Part shown: positions 1 through 11,775 of the stretch, in pieces
How positions within the stretch are numbered: position 1 is the first letter of the stretch
How the letters are laid out: each line of letters starts with the position of its first letter
Assembly (NCBI GenBank): GCA_964187785.1
Contig: OZ076409.1
Coordinates: forward strand, 27,530,001 to 27,594,000
Direction: 5' to 3'
Length of the DNA stretch: 64,000 nt
Origin: Amphiscolops sp. MND2022
Lineage: Eukaryota
Translations under genes and position numbers: made by a program
The notes under the pieces: generated by a model
Told to the model about the DNA's origin: nothing
What the model saw: only the letters and a program-made list of their open reading frames with translations
Databases searched by the model: none

Positions 1-210
1 GACTTCTTCAAATGCTTCCGGGACTATTGAAGTACCTCATAGAAATGTCATGTGTATTTAACTTGTTAAGTGAATTTCAGCTAAAGTTTGCAGCTTCGAA
101 ATTTATAAATTTCGAAGCTGCAAACTTTAGCTGAAATTCACTTAACAAGTTAAATACACATGACATTTCTATGAGGTACTTCAATAGCCCCGGAAGCATT
201 TGAAGAAGTC
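1..210. repeat. Spacerless near-perfect palindrome (105-bp arms), possibly extending past the window start
   Basis: Bases 1-105 are the reverse complement of 106-210, centred on atttataaat (101-110). I see one mismatch. Confidence 0.95.
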
Positions 211-2494
211 TAGAGTCACGGCTTATCTTGAAGCAAACAGTTTGCAAGTGTAAATGGTCAGGAGATAAATTGCAGTGCTGGTAAGCCTGGAAAGCAGGCT
301 CGCGTCACGGATGTTGCAAACTTTTTGCTTTCTAGCACACTTTTTGTTCACCTATGGCCACCGCAACACTTGCCATTGCAACCGGTGGGTCGGTAATGGG
401 AAAAACGGTGGCAACGGATTGATTACCCTGGTTTGTCACACCAGACCGGAACGGTTGTCACAATATCGTATATAATAAATATATTAAAAGTGAGTTTGAC
501 TTCCGGTTTCTGAATTGACGAGGTTTTATATCGAATATTGAAAGTTTGAAAATATCTCAAAAAGTTCATACTTAAAATTTTGCTAGTTGACAAGGTGAGA
601 GTGGGTCCGAAACTAACCGAGCAACCGACCACAATGTTTAAAATTTACTTTTCTTTTACAAACTACGATGTTATATGTAATTACATTTTACACTCAGTAG
701 TCTTCGTTAATAATGTATTGTATACAACTTCGTAACATTTTAGTGAAGGATTGAAATTTTTGTTTATCGAAGTGAAACATTTTTTGCCGAACGTGCAATC
801 TATAAAATTGGAATAACTCAAGACGGTGCCGACTTGTCTAATGGAGGACCCTTTGAGCTAGAAAAACGTTTTTTCCTTACTGAACACATCATTCGGTGAA
901 ATGAAACCCAAACGAGTAGTTTTCAGGCTCGAAAAAGTTATTTTTGATTTAAAAACATGAAAAGAAACCTATCGAAAAACCTAAAGAGGACTTATTGCTT
1001 CTGCCTAGTTCTACAAACGTGAAAAATTTGTCCTTCGCGTGATTTGAACCAAGAACCAACGTACTCCTGCCTCCAAACCACGCGTCCTATCCATGGGCAG
1101 GCTAGGAAACTAAGTGAAGAAACCTATAAAATTCATAAAATCTATCTGTTCGAGTGGTTTCGAAGTCACTATTATTGTCCGGGCTTAATATTGAAAGCAC
1201 TGACTAAAATCGAATAGAGCTTCCAATAGTTCTCTTAAAATAGAAACAACAGAGCTTAGACCGACTTTTGTTCAATGTTATCCGGAAACTGTAAACTGAC
1301 TTGAGCTGAAATCGTTTCATAATGCTTAATTTTGAATTCGTACAAGTTTGCTAAATTTTGGTTTAGTTCGCCACGCTTTGCTAGTATATTTTCCTGAATC
1401 CAGTCTCGGAAATCAAGCTACGTGTATTCGGGAAACATAATTTAGCATTCTAATGGCTTCAAGCTGCGATCCAGTTGAATGTTTGCCCGTTATGAGACAT
1501 TCCGTGAAATATATCTGTTAGTTCTAAATCAGATGAAAGTAGATTTACTTCGTCTCAAACTAGTTTCCGCAAGAAAACTTACTTGTATTTGTTGTTCAAG
1601 TTACGTAAAGTTGTAGTTGAAGTATTAAAAAGTACCTGCAGGCTTAAAATATCTTGATGTTCGATTTCTGCCTACGGTGATAGAATTCAGTTTTCAAACA
1701 AATGGAATTTTGTTTGTTTGCCATTACAGGCGATATTGAGTTAACATTTGCCAAATGATATTCACATGTTGCCGAATAGATCTAGAGACTAGAGATTTGA
1801 AAGTAAAGAGATTTGACTAAACCAAAATTTCAGAGAAGTTCTCGGAATGGTGGTAATATTATTCATGCAATAAAGTTGTGAAGTATGTTCTGAAGGAATT
1901 TTATATTGACACTGAGATACGCCAGGTAGAAACCAAGCTAAGTAGCAATTCTCTGATAAGTCGAATTCAGAAATTTGCAAATAGTTTGTCGGATTTTTTT
2001 TACCACTCAACGCTGTCATGACAGTCCAGTTTTGAATATGTTCAAAGTAGGCTTTTATTTGGCTTCGTTTTATCAAACGCCAAAATAGTGAACATTAGTT
2101 TACGCTGAAAGTTTACTTTGTTTCATTTTTGCCGAAAACAATGTCAGCATTTAACATTGATTTTCACTAACAACACAAATGCATGATGGGATAGCAATGA
2201 AGTATATTCAAATGATTGTATGACTGCTCCTTCTCTTTCCGGTGGCACTTGGCGCCCCTCCATGTCACCCTTTGTTAAAACCAGCCGCATAACCAGTAGT
2301 GGCACGTCGCTCCGCTTCCTTCCTGCATTTAGGGCACTATCTGTACGTGAACGTAGCTAATCCCAAAATTTTAACTTGATAGATTTTAATTCAGGAGATT
2401 TTAACCCACGAGATTTTAACTTAGGTGACTTTGACCTAAATACCCATTTCTAAGCCCATTATCCTGCGTAAGAATATATTGTGTTGCATAGCTT

Positions 2495-2806
2495 GCCGGT
2501 TTACAGGTCATGATGGCTTTCCTTCCATGATTCATGGGTTTGCCATGCAGAGAAACATTCCAATGACATGGAAAGATATCCATGATTGATGATCATGGTT
2601 GAAATGCCATTATGCCATGGATGATCATTGATGATTAGAAATCACTCCATTGTAATGAAAATCACGATGGATGATCGCAGACTTAAGCCATGATTTAAGT
2701 GTAACGAAAATCACCATAGATGATTAGCCATGATTCGAATGTAATGCCATGAAAAAGCCATAACATGGATGAAAAATTGAGAATGAGCCATGATGGTTAA
2801 CCTGAC
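2495..2806. mobile_element. Short degenerate CACTA/EnSpm-like non-autonomous element rich in CATG/CCATG repeats
   Basis: Ends ccggtttac...ttaacctga resemble the ends of 25905-27258, and the internal text matches 25920-26040 and 27090-27258. Confidence 0.55.
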
Positions 2807-4047
2807 CAACAAGTGAGGAGCACATATATTTGTGTCTCAATATTGTGTCGCCGTCCGTTTTCTACTTTTCCCACTTAGTCACTGCCCTTTTTGAGAATGC
2901 GTAATCTTTTTTCATGTTCAATAAAGTTGGCACCAATTTTTAAAAAAATGATTTTAAATATCTCACGGAAACTTTCAGATGAAAATATTCCGCTGTTCTA
3001 TTCGACCTTGTCAAGCTGCTTGAAAGAACTATCCTAAATTTGGCAGCAATTTAAAGCCTTGAAGTTCACCAGGTTTCATTAACCCTACTAGTACCGTAGT
3101 ACGTAGCATAGAAGTACTTGAAAGGAGCATACATTTTCCACTTCTAATTCATTTTGCCAGAAGCCCACCTTCTTTAGAACAATTTTTATATAACAATTTT
3201 CGGTATCGTGTTCGGTCCGAACGGCACAAGCATTAGCAAAAGTGAAGTTTTCTCCTGCGCTGAGAAAAATGGATTTGTCTTGCGAAAAAAAGTTGAACTT
3301 TCCTAAAACTTAGTTTTTGGCAAAATCCAATTTTCTCAAAAGTCCTTGACCATAAACAAAGGCAAACCCAAGTCCTTTTACAATAAGATCATGTGCAACA
3401 AAACCAAATGATATGCTATTGCTACTACAAGCCCCCCACGAAGCGACGGTACGGGAAAAAGAAACTAAAATTGTGAACAAAGGGCGCCCGGCGACAGCCT
3501 AGTTAATCCTACACTCAAAAAAAAGAAAGGTTCCACATAATTCAAAGACAGAAAATTATGTTCGCAGTAGTTTTTGAGGAAATATTGCCAAAAAATGTTT
3601 GGAAAACCTGGGAAACCTATTTGATGCTATAAGTTGAGCTACCAGTATTTTCAATACAATCGCACCTATGCTAGGCAATTAAAAAAATCTTGTATCTTCA
3701 AGGGATCGCAGTTACATTAATGTACTCCGATCAGCATGCAAAATCTTTTATAGAACAAATGCTTGTAAATTAATTTACCCGCCAAACTCACCTTTGCCCG
3801 AGGAGATCAAGAGATCCATTGATTTGAGCCTGTCGTGGGAATGCGGAGTTCAAGCTGTGAACAAATTTTAATATCGCATTCCTACATTATCACCGGAGGA
3901 AAAGGTAGCGAAGTAAATGATTCTTATTATAATGTAGTTACAGATTACAACTCTGTTACACTAGTCAGCTTGAATATGTCAGAATAGTCTATACATTACT
4001 AGTCGAATATTTTGCGCACACATGCACAATGTATATGTGGAATACTA

Positions 4048-4262
4048 CAGCAGTGACTCTAGAAGCAACGCAAGTCAAACCTCGAAATCGAATATCTCAA
4101 AAACGGCAGTGATTGTTGAAAAAGGGTAAGTGAAAAAGTTCCTCAAATTTCCATTTTGTTTACGAATGTTTGTTTGAAAATTATGCGTTGGAAATTTGAG
4201 ATTCCGTTTTTGAGATCTTCGATTTTGAGATTTGCCAGATGTTGCTTCCAGAATCATCACTG
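4048..4262. mobile_element. Tc1/mariner-type MITE
   Basis: Imperfect TIRs cagcagtgactctagaagcaac / gttgcttccagaatcatcactg, flanked by TA on both sides, with further internal inverted matches. Confidence 0.7.
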
Positions 4263-5937
4263 TATACACTATAGTTATGACTTTCTAGCTATGAATTTCT
4301 GGCTATATTAGTCTCTATTGTGTTTTTTTTCATAGAACCAAAAATTGTGTTGAAAAAATGGTAATCGTAAAATTTTCTTAGATTTTCATCTTGATGATAT
4401 CTTTTTTTTGTCATTACTTACATTATTTGAGTTGAAAAGAAAACACTTTCAAGCATAGAATTTCGTTGATATGTCGAAAACTTAACATATATTTAACGTT
4501 GGCTTTGAACTTTAAATTAGGTCACATCTTAAGCAACTGTTCACGTTACTAGCTACGATAGTTGATTATGGATCTGAATTGAAACGAGTTACGTAATAAA
4601 AGTTGCGCAATTCAGTTGAACCAAGCGGTAAACGCCCCTCATCTTTTATGTAGACAATAATGTAAAAATTTTACCCCTTTTGGAATAAATTCCATTCCTT
4701 TGTTCAAAACTTTCTTTACCTGATCTTGTTTGTGAATTCTGATAGCCTTCAAGCCATCTCTTAGACATACCGTCGCCTTTTTTAATTAGAAAGCAGCAAA
4801 TTCTGAGCTCTTGTAATACAGAAAAGAGTTGTTAAAATTTATTGAAAAAAATGGAATATGAAGCAGGAAAACTTCTCGTAGTTCTATTTGCATGCGAAAT
4901 GAATAACGTAAGATTTGTTCACGCTTTTGACAGCCAACATGGTAGACAGTCTCAGGGGAAAATACAATATAAAAATCCTACATTTTCGGGGATATCGACT
5001 AATTCTGTTCACCTTCTTTGACTACGCGGTACATTATTAGGTTTCTGATTTACAATCGTTGCCAGGCTACCCTTGCGAGATGTCCGGCATGCAGCATAGC
5101 TGAACAGATCAACCTACTCCACTGACAATTTTGTTGATGTTGATATTGGTGAAAAGAAAAAACACGTTCACAAAATAAATTGATCAAGAAGTAACAATAT
5201 TGTTACTTGACCCAAACCAAACCCTTGTTTTATCACCCAAATTCACGAAGTTAGACTGTATTCTATGCTTTATAATTTCCTTGGAGCAATAGGACGCTAA
5301 TGGCATAATTATGCAGAAAATGCTTGAAAACAGCACGATGATTCACCTTGAAAGCCGCATTATCAATTCATGTGTATTTGTCCTTGTAATTCATACTGTA
5401 TTATGCGGTTTGTATTAAACAGTATATGCCGAACCTCCAATAAAACAGCATAATGATTAGAATAGGAAGCCGTATAGTGAACACCACCGAAACAGTGCTA
5501 GTGGAATATACCGAATTATGCGGTTTTCATCAAGCAGTATATGCGGAGTTATCATGACAAAGAGTATATTTTGGATATTAGTTCGCATTAGGCCGCCGAT
5601 ACCTCGGCGCTCTATTTATACTTTCTAGGGATGTGATGTAATGGTTTATTTTGAACTTTTGATCCAAGAAACATGACGTTATGATGACTCGAATAAAATT
5701 GGTAGTCATGCTTCTAAAAATAACGTCCAATAAGATCATTTGAGAAGGGACCCTTGAAATCAACCTTCCCCTTCAATCATTCAACAAGAAACACTCGTAC
5801 AAGACAGTCACATAAATTTGCTGAACAATATCGCAGTATCTATATTCTACAAGTTCTCTTTCTGTAAAATATCCCCAAATTCATTCACCCAATTTCTTTG
5901 AAATTCAGAGATTTTCGCACCTAACACTGTATTCATC

Positions 5938-6526
5938 ATGGGAAATGAAAGAAATAGACGTTCGAAGAGAGTCGAATCTCCGTCTTCCGACAGAGATAAA
6001 AACACCTCAGAAGGAAGTTTCGCACAAGGTAATGCGACTTCAGTTGATGTTTTTGAGAATGTAAACAACATTTTTGACAGACTTAGGTAGTGAAATAAAG
6101 GAACCCTCACAAATCAGCAACGAGATAGAAGTTATTTCTCAAAGATTAGCATAGCAAAACAACACTAAAATGTCACAGATTGAAGAACAACCTAATCGCA
6201 AACTTGAAGAAATGCTCAAAAAGATCATATCAAATAAAAACAACAACTTAATAACTGATGAAGAGGATGCCGAGAACAACAGACCTGGTCCTTCTAACTC
6301 AGAAAAAAATCTTCTCAGGAGACAACACGCATCGAATTGTGAAAATGATTTAGATAAAAGTCAGGATAATCACTTCCAGCCTTCGGACATGAATGAACTA
6401 AGGCAACCATCAATTTCTCTGGGAGCTGCGAACGAGACCTTAGACGAAACCATCATAAGTGATGGAAGTAGGCCGGAGGCCGAATATTACAACAATGGAG
6501 AAAACGATTGGTACCAGCAAAATTGA
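5938..6526 (+). pseudogene. Degenerate gag-like N-terminal fragment of an LTR retrotransposon
   Basis: Broken frame MGNERNRRSKRVESPSSDRD... continuing into ORF 6170-6526 (coiled-coil/low-complexity), with stops and frameshifts. The family call is inference. Confidence 0.4.
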
Positions 6527-6887
6527 GAAATTATTTACAATTTTACTTCGGAAAAATGGAGTCGTTTCCGGTCCCAATTGTCTAATTGACTGACTCAACC
6601 AAAATCTCAAAAACCTTTTTAAAGCTGGAGAAATAACTGAAGAATATTTTCAACGCCCGAGATTTCATCTAATGCACCAATCAAATTTGAAAGTGAGAGT
6701 AATTGAACAATTTTAACTGGTTGATAACGACACTCAGTGCATAGGGGGCCGAACTCTTGAACACAGTTCTATGTTATAGTTAGGCTTAAGAAAAAATTAC
6801 CTTTTGACACTGGTTAGATTCGATGTGTTATGATCTTTGTGACCGGACCTATTGTAATTCTCAGTTAGCTTTATAATTTTTTTATTA

Positions 6888-7450
6888 TCAAGCCGCGAAC
6901 GGCCCAAGTCGACGCCACGGTCAAGGCACAAAAGTACTCGGTGGACGTCGTTTTAGTATAGCTTGTTGAATAAAGATTTTTAAAAAATCCAAATGAGTCA
7001 TTGGATGCGAATCAATTAAATTTTTGGTGAACTAATCGATAACATTTTACGAGAAATGAAAACGTTATATCCGATCTTTGAAAAAGTTACATTCAAACTT
7101 TGAAAACGTTTCATCCGAATTTAAGTACGTGTTAGATGTTATATGAGAAACGTTCTACTTAGCACTTTTTATAGCTTTGAAAAATTCTCCAAAAAACGTT
7201 ATATCCGGTATACGTTATAGCCGGAATTCGTTATATCCGGTTTGCCTTAAATCCGGTATGGGTTGTGTTATTATCGAAGGGAACTCCTTAGTGTTTTTCA
7301 CAGCTCAAATGTAGTGTATAGATTGTCAAAAGGGACATGGCCAACAGCTTATCAAGCTTATAAAATCTGTCACTTCGTCGGTCTTAAAAATTTTTAAAAG
7401 AAAAGCCACTACTATAGTCTGCACTTTCTAACAAACCGCTGACTAAAAAT
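6888..7450 (+). mobile_element. Helentron/DINE-1-like non-autonomous element (family A), with nested cgttatatccg-repeat insert
   Basis: Start caagccgcgaacggcccaagtcgacgcc and end actatagtc...gctgactaaaa match the other family A copies. Confidence 0.6.
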
Positions 7451-8601
7451 ATTCACTCCTGAGGATTTGAACTAAAATAGCTCAGCTAAACCATTAGACC
7501 AAGTGGCGTGTATTATCAATAGTTTCAGGCTGAAATCGTTGTGAACATTTTTAAATTAAAAAAACCCGATTAAATAAAGTTTTTCCATTTCTTGAGAGTA
7601 TGAAAAATAAAAATCTTCAAAGTATTAATCCATAGAAATAATTAGCGCTACCGTTAAGAACGATGTACCATGCTTCTCTGAAATTCCCTAATTTCATTTT
7701 CTCTTTACGTGCCCTCTTGTCTGCTCAATACCAATCCCTCACGTGACAGACATTGAGCAACCTTGATTAGCTTCGATCAGCACCCAGTAGCTGAATTCCT
7801 AATGAAAAAGTGTGATTACGTCATAACTCTGTTACCTAATAGCATCGAGAAAAATATAGAGCGACCAGATCAAATTGGGAGAGGAAAAATACGGGAAAAA
7901 CGCACAATGAATGACCGGCCCTCTTTCCCGACATTGCATTGCTATTCACTGAGCTGCGTTTCTGCAAGAATGAAATATTAGAAACGGGAAGTGGGAAAAA
8001 TTCTATGCCTCTTGATAATTAGAACTGAGAGCTGTCAACTGTCAAGTTTGAAATCTCATGGAAAATGAAGGTCACTGTATGTCACAATTATGCTACATGT
8101 AAGTTTCATCGCTGGAAGACCTTACCTGGTAAATTGAAAAGACCTGCCAAAGACAACAATAATTGGTCAGCTTTTAAGATACTCTTACTTTCTTGAGGGA
8201 AAACCGACTCGACTGGATTTTAATTGAAAAAAGACCAATAGTTGTTAGTTTACGTAATTTTTGAGGCACAATCAATGTGATCATTAGTTATATGTAACAT
8301 ACTGAGTTTTTCGTAGACTGGGTTGTTCCCGGAAGCCATTAACAATTACATTAACAATAGCCTGTTGTAAGGGAAAACACTGTAATTCAATTTCTCAAAT
8401 TCATTCAAGCAAATCTGATTTGAGGAACAGACCAAATTCAGACGACATCAGGGAAAGCCAAATAAGGCAATTCTTTATTTTCGACTTTTCAATTGAGCCG
8501 TGGTACCTATTATGAATGCATTGCATGCTTTATTGCAGATGCAGATACGTAAGAGGTTACAGTAATAAAAATGAAAAGTTTCAGCATTAAATTGATATTA
8601 T

Positions 8602-9315
8602 AACGTACTGAGACTCCATTCAATCCCATCGATGGGATTTGAATTATCGCCCAGCGCATGGGGGCACTTGTGGAGCATTTTAGGGCTAAATATATCTAAT
8701 TTTAAACTACTCTCATTTCCTTTTGAGCCTGAGTAAGCTTTCTCGAGCCTGAAAATCATTTATTTCGGAGCCTTGCCCTTGAATTGTTTGAAAAAAAACC
8801 TGGCAAAATTGCAATTATTCGCATGAAAAAGCGACGGAATCGAGCTTCAATTGCTAAGAAAACCATCTGCTTGTAAGAAGAAAAAATATCTGAAATATGC
8901 AGAAGTTTGACTCTTAAAATACGTTTTTGTATCAAAAAATTTGGTGTTTTTTTCTTGGAAAGTCAACAGATTCCGGTTTTTCACAAAGATAAATAATAGG
9001 TTAACTATGTATAACTTCATTTCCGAATAAAATATTTGGGCATCCTCGAAATCCCAAACAAAGCTTAAATAGACTGAAAAACTTAAATCGCGAGAGTTTT
9101 GTTGAAATTTTGAACATGGCCAAGTCGAACGAATTTTTGTGACCGAAATTTTCGATTCCCATCGATGGTTCATCGATGGTCCATCGATGAACCATCGATG
9201 GGATCATTGTTAGAAAAACCTCATCGATGCCCATCGATGGACTATTGATAGCCATCGATGGGCCCCATGGGACTGCGATAGCCATCCATTAACTGCGATG
9301 GGATCTCAGTACGGG
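8602..9315. mobile_element. CACTA/EnSpm-like MITE with CCATCGATGG subterminal repeats
   Basis: TIR cgtactgaga...tctcagtacggg, a plausible 2-bp AT target duplication, and a ccatcgatgg array at 9158-9300. A related left end lies at about 10380. Confidence 0.65.
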
Positions 9316-11326
9316 ATTATTTAAAAAAAAACGCGATAATCGAACTACGAACTCGAGACGTTTTCAGTGGGCTAAAATACAGCCTTCCCAAAGAAATCCG
9401 TATTCTTCGTTGCAATGTTTTGTCAAATCACTTCAAAATCAAACTGAAATTATTATAGCTGGAAGTTTTTAGAGCAAATATTGTATTACCCTATTCGAAG
9501 TTGCCGCGAAGGTTTACAGGCACCTTCAAAAAAGGCCGACTAATTTTTTTTATAAAACATAGAAAATTCAGGGACCACGCCTGGGAGAATTTGTGAAAAG
9601 AACAGGCAACTTGGAAAATGCTGGCAGCGTTTCGAGGTGCTATTAGAAAATTTCCCTGCAACCTACAAAACATTTTTCAAAAAATTCATGTAGTGTCACC
9701 CAAAAAATTCAACAAAAACATTATTAAAACGTTATTATAACAATATTTCAGTAGAATACAGTAAAAACTTCACTGATCAGAAATGAAAGATGCTGGCCAA
9801 AGATTTGACTGAATTTTTTTGGACTAAAATTTTTCATTTCCGAAAAGTTTATTGACTTTTTTCTTCGAAAAACATCAAATTTTTCCAATAATGCAAGAAA
9901 ATCCAGCAAAAATGCTCGCAAAACCTCTAATAAGCTTTCTTGTTAGTTCTCTAGGTTTTTCGAACAACTTCGGCGCTTAAACTGTTTGAAAAATATTTGA
10001 ACTTTCAACAAATAAAAACAGCCTCATTTTGATATTTCGTTCTAAAGTAGTTTCTGGAAAAACCGTATCGATTTTTTCTGAATGAAAATGTTTTTGTTTT
10101 TCCAAACCCGCAAAGTGATAAATATTGCCTACTCCAACAGTTTGCATGTAAAAAAATTTTCATTTGAAAAAAATTTCAGTATTACGAATTTGTTTGCCAC
10201 AAAGGCTTTCTTTGACTATTTGTTTACGTCATATCTGTGCTTACAAAATTCGAGGTCTTGCCCACGAAACAATTTTTTGCGGGGAATTAGTCTTTCATAT
10301 CCTTGATGTTACTCTGAAAACCAGCTACATTGTATAGAAATCTTGATAAATACCTGAAAATATTGGCGATGAAAACTTTCCGTACTGACAACCCATGGAA
10401 ATCCATCGGTGGCCATCGGTGGACCACCGATGACTATCGGTGGACCACCGATGACTATCGGTGGGGGGAAATTAGCTTACGTGGAGGCTTTCCTACCGGT
10501 GTCCACCGGTGGTCCACGGATGGACCATCGGTGGAAAATTCGAAAATTTTGAAAGTGAAAATTTCGTTCAACATCTCTATAGCAACTGAATGTTGGTACA
10601 CGAAAAACCTTGAGACGACATTCGCAACCGTAATGCATCAAAGCCTAACAAAATGGGAAAATAATAAGGACCGGTTCTGTATATATTTTTTTTCTGATTA
10701 CCATATATATCAATATATATATATTAAATATATGTTTTCATATTAAATACATTAAATATCTGTTTTGAATTATCATTACAAGAATATATACACAGTATGA
10801 TTACAGGAAAAACGTCGCAAGAAAAATCGTAACATAAGTATAGCGAACGAGAAAAAACGTAGCAAGAAATAGCTAAAACGGAAAAAACGTAGCATAAAGA
10901 TTTTATTACATTCATACATTCAGTTGAACCTCGGTATTAAGTATTTCATTTTTGATCAAATCCACATGTCAAAATTTGTTTTTCTATAGTGAGCATTCAA
11001 TCGCCCATGCCAACCTTTACTGTGCTTGTTGATGCGCTTTTTGTAATGCGAGGACGTAAGTTCCAAAACTCCGGGTCTGGTGAAAAGCTTTTGTGGTGAA
11101 TATTTACGGTTTTGATGATAGATGAGAGAATTGAATGAATTCTTGTGGGGCACATGTTTATGTGAGATTTACGGCATCTCCATATAATTTTTGATAAATT
11201 CGCGCTTCATTGTAAGCATGACATGCTCGAAGTAAAATGCGTTTTCCTTTGTTAGATAAAATTATTTCAAAAACGTCCATTCAATACAGATAAAAGAGTA
11301 AGACTGATGTGCAGAAAGTATAGTTT

Positions 11327-11526
11327 NNNNNNNNNNNNNNNNNNNNNNNNNNNNNNNNNNNNNNNNNNNNNNNNNNNNNNNNNNNNNNNNNNNNNNNNNN
11401 NNNNNNNNNNNNNNNNNNNNNNNNNNNNNNNNNNNNNNNNNNNNNNNNNNNNNNNNNNNNNNNNNNNNNNNNNNNNNNNNNNNNNNNNNNNNNNNNNNNN
11501 NNNNNNNNNNNNNNNNNNNNNNNNNN
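11327..11526. other. Assembly gap (200 N)
   Basis: Run of N ending 2 bases before the 5' LTR. Confidence 1.
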
Positions 11527-11528
11527 AG

Positions 11529-11747
11529 TGAGACACAAGCATCGACATGTGTCAGTCCAACAAGTGTCTATGATAAACCTTGGCGAACGATGTGACACAA
11601 AACTACCTGCCAATGATCTTATGTTCTGAAGTCATGTAGTTACAAGATAGATACACTGTCAATGATAAAGTACAGTTGCTTGATACAGTTTATGTTACTT
11701 TGAATCATTCCATTTTAATTCACTCTTTGAACTTTTCCTGACTTACA
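11529..11747 (+). repeat. 5' LTR
   Basis: Starts tgagacac, ends gacttaca, and is followed directly by the PBS. Confidence 0.97.
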
Positions 11748-11775
11748 TGGCGCAGTCAGCAATCTGATCAAAACA

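Noticed and set aside
11267..11613. ORFs containing poly-X
   Set aside because: Artefacts of the N gap.
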